From assembly GCA_038745945.1 (NCBI GenBank), contig JBCDLA010000004.1, positions 1 to 54,528 on the forward strand: a DNA stretch of 54,528 nucleotides, written 5' to 3'. Below the pieces are notes generated by a model. It was not told the origin of the DNA. It was given only the letters and a program-made list of their open reading frames with translations, and did not search any database. The DNA comes from Cyanobacteria bacterium P01_H01_bin.74. Lineage in GTDB: Bacteria; Cyanobacteriota; Vampirovibrionia; Vampirovibrionales; Vampirovibrionaceae. Positions 1 to 7,936 of the stretch are shown here, one piece after another (position 1 is the first letter of the stretch; each line of letters begins with the position of its first letter). The translations under genes were made by a program, and so were the position numbers.

Positions 1-340
1 AGCAGGCAGGCCAGGACGACCCATGAGCTTATTTAACTCTCTTTCTCTTATTTCTATTTAAAAACAATTTTTAAATAAAACTTGTTATTTATTTTCTTAA
101 TGTAAATTTCTTAAGAGAGTTTTTTAAATTCCAAGTCCTGGTAAGAAATCTATTGAAGAGCAGCAGGAAAATGTAAAAATACCAGAAACCGAGAAGCAAT
201 CTTTTCAAACCATGTAAAAGTTGGCCGACAGTGGATAAGAAACCCAAAAAAGCATAAGGTGAGCTTTTCTTAAAACATTTTTTCTTTCTTTTTTAAATAA
301 ACAATTTTTTGCGCCGAATTAAATAAAAACCTAAGGAAGC

Positions 341-796
341 TTAGGAACGAGTAAAAGCAAAAGTCGCAAACATTACACTAAAAATAAGGGCTCCCAGTTG
401 AATTACTGTGGGTGCTTGAATTAACCACACAGGACTTTTTAAAAGAAAAATAACAACAGCAGCTGCAATTACCGATTTGACCACTGGGTAATGCCAAAAA
501 CCCCTTAATGCAGGAAATTGAGAGTTTTTTTCATTAGGGTGAATGGGCTTCCATTTTTTATTATTGCTTACGGCGGCTCTTTCTTGATCATAAATTTTAC
601 GCTTCACAGGACTGCTAATAATTCGATACGCTTTTTCAACATCTGAAAAGTACTGGGTAAGCTGGGATGGTTTTCTGCGCGTATGAAAATGCTTGGGTCC
701 GGATGAGCGAACCCACTGGCGATACGCCGCATTAATTTCTGCTTGGCTTGCAGTGGGTGAAACATTTAAGAGTTCATAATAGTCTTTGCTTGCCAT
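341..796 (-). CDS. DnaJ-like (J-domain) protein with C-terminal membrane anchor; HPD motif degenerate
   Basis: KDYYELLNVSPTASQAEINAAYR...AYRIISSPVKRKIYD is a J-domain signature; HPD position reads GPK; two hydrophobic segments at the C-terminus. Confidence 0.8.
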   Translation of the reverse strand: MASKDYYELLNVSPTASQAEINAAYRQWVRSSGPKHFHTRRKPSQLTQYFSDVEKAYRIISSPVKRKIYDQERAAVSNNKKWKPIHPNEKNSQFPALRGFWHYPVVKSVIAAAVVIFLLKSPVWLIQAPTVIQLGALIFSVMFATFAFTRS

Positions 797-853
797 ACAC
801 TAAATTATAGACAGTTATAAAGATTGTTTCAATAATTTTTTAGGAGTTTAAAC

Positions 854-1717
854 TTGTTGACAGAACAATTACGAAATGATACCAGCCCTGTTGGAGAAAC
901 CCCTTTTTCAAAAAGAGGGAAACCGGTTATTTTAATGTGCTCCCCTAATTACTTTAATGTCACATATGCAATCAACCCCTGGATGGATCCTACTGTCCCC
1001 TGTGATATCGAACTGGCAAAAAAGCAGTGGGAAGAACTTTACAATGCTGTTCTGTCTTCAGGTGCTGATATTGAAATTCTAAAACCGCAGCCCAACTTAC
1101 CAGATATGGTCTTTACAGCCAATGCCGCTTTTGTTTACAACAACAATGCCGTTATTGCTCATTACAAACACCCTGAACGCCAAGCCGAAGAACCCTTTGC
1201 CGCCGAGTGGTTCAAATCACAGGGTTTTTCTGTCACCACTTTGCCAGAAACCATTTACTTTGAAGGATCAGGCGACGCCTTAATCTGGGATACACATATT
1301 TTTGCTGGTCATAAGGCCCGGAGCAGTATAGAAGCCCATGCGTATTTAAAAGAAGCTAGCGGGCTGACTGTTCACCCTATACAACTTGATGATCAACGCT
1401 ACTATCATGTTGATGTCTGCCTTTGCCCCCTGGATACTGGTGACTTTATTTATGCCCCAGATGTTTTTAATGAAAAAACGCGGATACAAATTGAATCGGT
1501 GGTGCCCGAAAGCAAACGCATTGTGGTTTCTGCTGAAGAAGCGGCTCAATTTGCGTGCAATGCCATTAGCGTTAATGAGAGGGTTATTCTGAATTCGGGT
1601 GCACCCCGGTTGACTGAAACGTTAAAAGCAAAAGGCTACCACCCAATTGAAGTCAACTTAAGTGAGTTCATTAAAGCGGGTGGTTCTGCCAAGTGCCTGA
1701 GTTTACGCTTAGCCTGA
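854..1717 (+). CDS. Amidinotransferase/dimethylarginine dimethylaminohydrolase family (guanidino-group modifying enzyme)
   Basis: Motifs INPWM, PDMVFTAN, FEGSGD, YHVDVC, KAGGSAKCL; TTG start after AGGAG. Confidence 0.88.
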   Translation: MLTEQLRNDTSPVGETPFSKRGKPVILMCSPNYFNVTYAINPWMDPTVPCDIELAKKQWEELYNAVLSSGADIEILKPQPNLPDMVFTANAAFVYNNNAVIAHYKHPERQAEEPFAAEWFKSQGFSVTTLPETIYFEGSGDALIWDTHIFAGHKARSSIEAHAYLKEASGLTVHPIQLDDQRYYHVDVCLCPLDTGDFIYAPDVFNEKTRIQIESVVPESKRIVVSAEEAAQFACNAISVNERVILNSGAPRLTETLKAKGYHPIEVNLSEFIKAGGSAKCLSLRLA

Positions 1718-1900
1718 GTTTCTTAAAAAAACAGCCAACTTTTGTTGATTACTTATTGTATCAGGCGCTATTAACAGGTACTAATTTCATCCGATGAGAA
1801 TGCCTTAAAATTAAGTGATGGGTCAACACGTAACCAAAAGCAAGGGAATAATGCTATATTATTGATCAGTTTCTGAAAACAATTGAAATGACAGCATTGC

Positions 1901-2170
1901 ATGGCCTATGAAACCTCAACAACCAGTGCTTTTCGAAATCAGTATAATAAAGTGGATCGTCGGCTAAGACGCATTGTTGATGATGCGGTTGAAATTATTA
2001 AAGAATTCCCGACCGATTACCAACATAAAATAACGTACATCAGTAAGCGCAAAGAAGGGGGACTGTATCGCTTCCGAGTTCCGGGGTGCCATATTTTTTA
2101 CATTTTGCCTGAAAAAGAAACTGAGAAACCCAATACCATTATATTAACGGCTGTTAAGCCCTTACGTTAA
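1901..2170 (+). CDS. RelE/ParE-family toxin-like protein, no adjacent antitoxin ORF
   Basis: 89 aa, basic; TSAFRNQYNKVD...GLYRFRVPGCHIFY pattern typical of the RelE fold. Confidence 0.65.
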   Translation: MAYETSTTSAFRNQYNKVDRRLRRIVDDAVEIIKEFPTDYQHKITYISKRKEGGLYRFRVPGCHIFYILPEKETEKPNTIILTAVKPLR

Positions 2171-2196
2171 TAGCTTATATACTGTATAAGTTCTTT

Positions 2197-2969
2197 TTTT
2201 GCGTGAAGGCAAGATCTTTTCTTAAAACACTTTTTCTTTTGACTGTTTTGCGTCAAGACAAGACCTTCTTAAAACATATTTTCCTTTGCTCCGTTAGGGG
2301 AGAGAGGTCGCTCCCTCTCCCCTAACAACCCCTCACCGCGTAAGCGGGAGGTCCCCCCCGCTTAACACCCCCCGAATCAGTTGCATGTTTACGGTCATCC
2401 TACCTTACCCAAAGGGCATCCATATCCCTTAGCCCTAACGGGCAAGGGCTACGGACCGTTCACGCTGCGGTTGCCTTCAGCAATCCTCACTCGCAAAGTC
2501 GGTTTCTGGGGTTATTGCTATCGCAATTTTACACCCCAGAACCAGTTGACCTCGTATCTCCGAGAGAATTTTTCCAAACCTGCCACGAGGGCTTTACACT
2601 GGCGGAAAAATCTGTTATTTGAGACAGGCAAGTTGAAATAAAAGCACAGCCGAAGCCTTGGAGGCTGTGCCACTTTGAAACTTGTTTGAAGCTGTGGCGA
2701 GTTTAGATTTTTCACACGAGTGTAAAAAACGGCTGGGCTACTGGATGTTATCCAGTCAAAAAGTAAAAATTAAATTCGGGGCCAGCCAGGGCCCCTGACG
2801 AAACAAAGTAAAAGAAAGAAAATGTATTTGGTATTTGAGAAAATCTTACTTTCCCCTAACGGAACAAAGAAAAAAAGTGAATTCAAGAAAATCTTGCCTT
2901 CCCGCAAAAGACCTGAGAGAAAGTCTTTAATCACCAAGGGGTCGTTAGGGGCCAGACAGGTCCTCTAAC
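2197..2969. repeat. Structured non-coding element with imperfect terminal inverted repeats and nested hairpins (MITE/REP-like or ncRNA)
   Basis: 2197-2223 is the near reverse complement of 2885-2909; 2284-2300 vs 2853-2869 match 16/17; 2319-2333 vs 2937-2951 match 14/15; many internal stems, e.g. a perfect 12-bp stem 2293-2304/2315-2326. Confidence 0.65.
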
Positions 2970-3342
2970 AATACAGTAGAACCATCCGATCAATTAAATC
3001 TCGGGCCGCTGCAATTTTTGGAATGTAAAAAAAAGGGTGTGCTGGCATTGCAGACAACGGGGCTGAGGAGACCACAACCATTTTTTCAGCAGGTAATCCC
3101 AGTTCCAGCAAGGCATGGCCAACATCTACACCGCTTTTTTTGCCGTTAATCTGCCAGTCCAGTATCACAAAGTCAGGCCGATAGCTTTGAAAAGCTTTGA
3201 TTGCGGCGTCATAATGATCGACAGTATTGCAAAGCATAAAAGCTGGGTGGTTTTGAACCAGCCGACCAATAATATTTTGCCACGCAGGATCGTTTTCGAC
3301 CAGCAGAACTTGAACTGGTGGCTGTTTGGTTTCTGTTGTCAT
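2965..3342 (-). CDS. Single-domain response regulator (receiver)
   Basis: VLLVEND, PDFVILDW (phosphoacceptor Asp), SGVDV, VVVSS, YIPK; 4-bp overlap with the upstream ORF. Confidence 0.85.
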   Translation of the reverse strand: MTTETKQPPVQVLLVENDPAWQNIIGRLVQNHPAFMLCNTVDHYDAAIKAFQSYRPDFVILDWQINGKKSGVDVGHALLELGLPAEKMVVVSSAPLSAMPAHPFFYIPKIAAARDLIDRMVLLYC

Positions 3343-3725
3343 GCGGTGGTGGATCGTGAGCGATTTGTTTTTTGGGGCATCATTTTATATTTTTGTAACA
3401 ATTGACTGCTGGTCTTAAACCCTTTAAGCTGTTTGTCCAACTGGCTGCAATGTGCAACCAGCTTTGCTTGAATGTTGGTATCCAGTTGCTGAATTTGCTG
3501 AAGAACAGCTTCTAATGAATGATGGGTGCCTGGGTCATCAATTTGAATTAGCACTTGTGATGCCATAATTTGACCCAATAGGGTGTCTCGCTGAAGAATC
3601 TGCTGGCTTATTGCAGGGATGTCAAGATGTTTGGTTTCGGTGTTTAGCTGTGTTAATAAGTGCTCTGTCATCAGATACAGGGCATCGAGTGCGCCAGAAG
3701 GATTATTGTCATACGCAAAAGCCAA
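3339..3725 (-). CDS. Helical protein, probable FliT/FlgN-like flagellar chaperone
   Basis: 128 aa, amphipathic helical (ILQRDTLLGQI, LQQIQQLDTNI), directly downstream of fliS, the usual position of fliT. Confidence 0.55.
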   Translation of the reverse strand: MAFAYDNNPSGALDALYLMTEHLLTQLNTETKHLDIPAISQQILQRDTLLGQIMASQVLIQIDDPGTHHSLEAVLQQIQQLDTNIQAKLVAHCSQLDKQLKGFKTSSQLLQKYKMMPQKTNRSRSTTA

Positions 3726-3781
3726 AAGAAATAACTCGTGTTGCAGTTGTTGATACTGGATTTTATAAAAAAGTTTACCTG

Positions 3782-4246
3782 TTACAAATTTTTAACAGAA
3801 GCAGTCTGGTGTTTAATGGTATCGTCAATTTCTGGATTGTTGTTGTTCTGTTCTTTGAGAGCAATACTTATCGCCTCTTCCCAGGTGGCTTTTAATTGCC
3901 TGAGATGAAACAAAACTTCATCAATCAAGGCAATATCTTTTTTGATGTTGGCCTGAACCAGTTGGTAATTTAAATACTCATACAATTTTATCAAGTTTTC
4001 AGCCATTTCACCACCAACTTCCATATCCAGGCTATTCATAAATTCCTGGATGATGTGCTGAGCTTTCAACAAGTGGTTATGAAATTTTTCCAGATCATTG
4101 GTTTCATGAGCTTTTTTTGCAATCAGCAAAAAACGAATTGCCCCCTCGTAAAGCATAATGAGAAGCTCTGTGGGGGTTGCTGTTTCAATTTGATTTTTCT
4201 TGTAATGATCGGCTTGTTTTGCGTAAGGGTGATTAAACGCACTCAT
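3782..4246 (-). CDS. fliS: Flagellar export chaperone FliS (ATG at 4246 preferred to GTG at 4285)
   Basis: YKKNQIETATPTELLIMLYEGAIRFL...KAQHIIQEFMNSLDMEVGGEMAENLIKLYEY...LKATWEE. Confidence 0.95.
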   Translation of the reverse strand: MSAFNHPYAKQADHYKKNQIETATPTELLIMLYEGAIRFLLIAKKAHETNDLEKFHNHLLKAQHIIQEFMNSLDMEVGGEMAENLIKLYEYLNYQLVQANIKKDIALIDEVLFHLRQLKATWEEAISIALKEQNNNNPEIDDTIKHQTASVKNL

Positions 4247-4497
4247 GCAAGAGAAATCCTTCTGGATAGTAAACCGGGATGACACTATTAATCTATCGTC
4301 AAGCCAAAGAATTTCTCAAATTTAGATTCATTACCTCCTCTGTTTGGCGGAGGCAATGAGTGAAACAGCGCACAAAACAAGGAATAGTCGTTTTTATGCA
4401 TATGGATGGGTCTGTTAGTTCAACTTAGGGCATTCAATAGCGAAGTTCTGTCCACGTAATCCGAAACAGTAAGACTTGTTGGAGGAGGAAAGCAATC

Positions 4498-4701
4498 ATG
4501 GGTTATTCCTACACGGGTAAAGGCGATGCCAGTTTATTTTCCGGTTTAAATACACTGGACTCAGGGGTTACAAGCACATTGTCATTAAGCAACCGAAAAG
4601 AAACTCTCGCCGTTATGGGCACAGAATCGTTTTGGGATGGTGTTAATGACCTTAGAATGGGCAATGTTGTTTCAGCAAATACAGCCTTTGTTGGCCTGTA
4701 G
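4498..4701 (+). CDS. Small protein, probable antitoxin of the downstream RelE-like toxin
   Basis: Strong GGAGGAGG RBS; ends 48 nt before the RelE-like gene; KETLAVMG...DGVNDLRMGNVVS resembles the toxin-binding C-terminus of Phd/YefM/RelB-type antitoxins. Confidence 0.55.
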   Translation: MGYSYTGKGDASLFSGLNTLDSGVTSTLSLSNRKETLAVMGTESFWDGVNDLRMGNVVSANTAFVGL

Positions 4702-4749
4702 CTGAAAAAAGAATAAAAACTTTAAGTTCAATCCTATAGGATTCATTCT

Positions 4750-5103
4750 ATGGTTTCATCATTGCAAGAACGCACACCAGATTGTATTTCTTATGACACT
4801 CAGCCTATCACATGGCAGGTTTTCTTAACCAATACAGCTGACAAAGCCCAGCGAAAAATGGACAAACCCCTTCGGGTTAAAATTAAAGATGCTGTATTAT
4901 CTTTGTCTCACAACCCAGAATTGCAAGGCGAGCAGTTAAGTCAGCCGTTGACCAATGTGTATTCGCGGCATATTAAATACAAAGGCAAAGAGTTTCGGGT
5001 CGCTTATCAAATTGTCCAGGAAACCAACAGTGTTATTATTCTGTTGATTGGTCCGCATGAAAATTTTTATAAAAAGTTAAAAAACTTTATTTACGCCATT
5101 TAA
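4750..5103 (+). CDS. RelE/ParE-family type II toxin
   Basis: WQVFLTNTADKAQRKMD...NPELQGEQLSQPLTNVYSRHI...EFRVAYQI...ILLIGPHENFYKKLK. Confidence 0.85.
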   Translation: MVSSLQERTPDCISYDTQPITWQVFLTNTADKAQRKMDKPLRVKIKDAVLSLSHNPELQGEQLSQPLTNVYSRHIKYKGKEFRVAYQIVQETNSVIILLIGPHENFYKKLKNFIYAI

Positions 5104-5147
5104 TAAAATACTTTTAAGGCTCTTTCCATTGGTAAGCATTGATCTTA

Positions 5148-6809
5148 TTAATGCTTAAATTCACGAATCCCTGTTGTTATCATTGCAATCTTATTCTCAT
5201 TAGCCAGACTTATCACAGCGCCATCTTTAATGCTGCCACCCGGCTGAACAATTACTCCTACACGGGCTTGGGCTGCAGCATAAACATTATCTTCATGAGG
5301 TAAAAAGCCATCTGAGGCCAGAACTGCGCCTTTTGATTGATCACAGGCCAGTTTTAATGCGTTTTCCAGTGCACCAATACGAGAGGTATTGCCTGCCCCA
5401 ATGCCAACTGTTTTTTTGTTTTTGGCCAATACAATGGCATTGGATTTACAATGTTTTACAACCTTCCAGGCAAATGCAATGTCTTCCATCTGATCGGGGT
5501 TTGGTTTTTCTTGTGTCGCAATGGCAAACTTTTTTTCTTGCTCTCTACGCTTCTCAATATCCACAGTTTGAACCAGCATCAAGGTTTCCGAAACATGCTT
5601 AAACTCAAGTGGAACTTGACTGCTGGGTTTGGGCAGCTCTCGTGTGACCAGGCGGATATTTTTTTTGCTGGAAAGCAAGTCAAACGCGTCTTCCTCAAAA
5701 CCAGGGGCAATAATTACTTCTAAAAAGAGACTGTGCATTATTTTGGCAGCCGCTTTTGACACAATATCATTAAAGGCAACCACGCCACCAAAAGCACTGA
5801 CAGGATCAGTATCCAACGCACGCTGAAAAGCATCGTCAACAGAGGTTTCAGAAAGGGCCACACCACACGGGTTGTTATGCTTTACTATGGCACAGGCATA
5901 ACTTTCCGAGAACTCAACGACAATCTGCCAGGCTGCTTGCATATCTAAAATATTATTAAACGACAATGCCTTGCCATGCATGCACTTGTAATCAGGCAAC
6001 TGGGTTGCTACCCCGTAAAGCGCTGCTTTTTGGTGTGGGTTTTCCCCGTAGCGCAAGTCTTCAATTTTAGCCAGAGGCAGTCCCATTAAATCGGGCAATC
6101 CCATGTTTTGTTTTAACGGACCGTCAGTTGATTTTGTTTGTTGAAGAAAAGCCGTGCTTTCATCAGCGAATGCTTGTGCAATTAAGCCGTCGTAATAGGC
6201 AGTCAATGAAAATGCTGAGTAAGCCAACCGTTTTTTAAATGCAAGCGAAGGGGTTCCCTCGGTGTTTGAGAGTTCTTCGAGAAAAGAGCTGTACTGGCGG
6301 CAGTTACTAAGCACAGAAACAGCCGGGTAATTTTTGGCGGCAGCGCGAAGTAATGCTGATCCACCAATGTCAATGAAATGAAGCAGGTGATCGAAATTTT
6401 CTGAGGTGCATGCATTTTTTTCTTTCAGCGCATCCCGCTCAGCTTCAAAGGGATACAAGTTGGCAACGACAATATCAATGGTAAACGGCAGGTTTAAATC
6501 GTTCTTTTCTCTGACGATATTTTCTCGATCGGTTGTTTCAGCCAGAATTCCTGCAAAAATATGCGGATGCAAGCTTTTAACCCGGCCACCAAGCAATTCC
6601 TCAAAGCCGGTAATTTCAGCACTTTCAATCGAGTCTATTTGATGCTCAGCCAGGTACTTTCGTGTTCCTCCGGTTGAAATAATGACGGTATTGTACTGCT
6701 CAACCAAAACTCGGGCAAAATCTGCCAGACCCGTTTTATCAAACACACTGATAAAAGCAATGCTCTGATTGACTAAATTTTCCAGTATCGGCTGTTGTAA
6801 CGGTGACAT
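5148..6809 (-). CDS. purH: Bifunctional AICAR transformylase/IMP cyclohydrolase
   Basis: AFISVFDKTG, STGGT, GRVKSLHP, IDIGG, LRYGENPHQKA, KHNNPCG, KSNAI, ASDGF, QPGGSIKD. Confidence 0.98.
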   Translation of the reverse strand: MSPLQQPILENLVNQSIAFISVFDKTGLADFARVLVEQYNTVIISTGGTRKYLAEHQIDSIESAEITGFEELLGGRVKSLHPHIFAGILAETTDRENIVREKNDLNLPFTIDIVVANLYPFEAERDALKEKNACTSENFDHLLHFIDIGGSALLRAAAKNYPAVSVLSNCRQYSSFLEELSNTEGTPSLAFKKRLAYSAFSLTAYYDGLIAQAFADESTAFLQQTKSTDGPLKQNMGLPDLMGLPLAKIEDLRYGENPHQKAALYGVATQLPDYKCMHGKALSFNNILDMQAAWQIVVEFSESYACAIVKHNNPCGVALSETSVDDAFQRALDTDPVSAFGGVVAFNDIVSKAAAKIMHSLFLEVIIAPGFEEDAFDLLSSKKNIRLVTRELPKPSSQVPLEFKHVSETLMLVQTVDIEKRREQEKKFAIATQEKPNPDQMEDIAFAWKVVKHCKSNAIVLAKNKKTVGIGAGNTSRIGALENALKLACDQSKGAVLASDGFLPHEDNVYAAAQARVGVIVQPGGSIKDGAVISLANENKIAMITTGIREFKH

Positions 6810-7053
6810 GGCTAACTTTCTATCAATAAGTGGTAACAGGGTGATACGTTTGGCAAAAAATAGATTCTTAATATAAATTTTTCTTCATATAAATTCTTAA
6901 TGATTCATACTCAAGTTGAAGCATCTTGAAACTTGACCAATAAGTTTTATATAAAGATTAAAAGAAAAATAGAATTTTTGTAAGAAGTGTTTATCCGGCC
7001 AACAAAAAAAATCAGGAAGGCTTTTTGAGTTTTAAAAAGCCGTTGCGGTTCTA

Positions 7054-7935
7054 CTATTGCAGAAGAACAAATGGAGATGGCTGTCTCTGAGAATAATAGG
7101 AGGGTGATAAAACATAACTCACCGAAGCAGGAGATTGAGCTGCACGGAATGGTAAGGATGCATTTACAACAGAGTAATTGCGGAACCCGTTTGCTTGAAA
7201 AGGTGTTAGGTTTTGTGTTTTGCCGTCTGACAAGCTACTATCAGACTCCTGAAACGAGCGTGCAAAAGCACGTTTTCTAGCCTCAACATTTCTGCGGGTT
7301 AATGCAAAATTAACCATGTTTATCCCAAAGCCCAATACCGCAACTGATAATATTAAACTGGCCATTGAAGCAGTATTGCGTTTTTCAATCAGTTTGTCCA
7401 AAAACTTTTCGGTTGTTTGGTATGCTTTTGACTCTGGTTTTACCCCTGCTTCCTTAAGTTGCATAAGCGTCTGCGTTTTATGGTCTTCAACCTGCTGATT
7501 TGAGGGCAATCCATATTTAGCCAGTGGATTTATAGCATAATTCAGTTTCGCCAGCCATCCTTTTTCGGGTGCTTTGTTTAAATCCAGCAGGCTTTGCTTA
7601 ATTGCTTTGGGCTGACGGGCAATGGTCAAGCGTTGGACAATCGGGGTTGTAAACACCCAGAAAAGCATCCCAATGGGATCACGAATTAAAACTTCTCTCA
7701 CTTCATTCCAGCTTTTAGACTCGCTGTCTCTTCTTCGGTTATTGGCAGCCGTTAAACGCCATCCAATAATACCTGGATAAATGAGGTGTAACTGATTGGC
7801 TCCCGTAACGGCAAACGGGCTGGGTAAACTTAAATGATTGGTCAACCGGACCAGATTGCCCGACTTCTTAAAATTTAATCCAAAATGTGGGGCCACTGTC
7901 TTATTAGATGCAACTGCAGAAGCTATCTGACGCAT
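7054..7935 (-). CDS. Hypothetical membrane-associated protein (type B), paralog of 11739-12995
   Basis: 293 aa; hydrophobic segments; shares Y-x-G...R..A..R...E...L.RD with 11739-12995; GGAGG RBS; 1 nt after the upstream stop. Confidence 0.8.
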   Translation of the reverse strand: MRQIASAVASNKTVAPHFGLNFKKSGNLVRLTNHLSLPSPFAVTGANQLHLIYPGIIGWRLTAANNRRRDSESKSWNEVREVLIRDPIGMLFWVFTTPIVQRLTIARQPKAIKQSLLDLNKAPEKGWLAKLNYAINPLAKYGLPSNQQVEDHKTQTLMQLKEAGVKPESKAYQTTEKFLDKLIEKRNTASMASLILSVAVLGFGINMVNFALTRRNVEARKRAFARSFQESDSSLSDGKTQNLTPFQANGFRNYSVVNASLPFRAAQSPASVSYVLSPSYYSQRQPSPFVLLQ

Positions 7936-7936
7936 A

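Noticed and set aside
1-24. 5' end of a minus-strand gene (MGRPGLPA...) running off the window
   Set aside because: Only 8 codons are visible; a purine-rich upstream tract is suggestive but insufficient
2381-2715. ORFs 2381-2641 (+) and 2518-2715 (-)
   Set aside because: Non-ATG starts, no clear RBS, no protein-like motifs; they lie inside the palindromic element
2197-2969. CRISPR array, group II intron, RNase P RNA or tmRNA
   Set aside because: No regular repeat-spacer period and no cas genes; no domain V, GAGGAAAGTCC or tRNA-like ends on either strand
4290-4325. Sigma-28 promoter for fliS (GACGATAG as -10)
   Set aside because: The -10 is a partial match and TAAA is not at the expected 15-nt spacing
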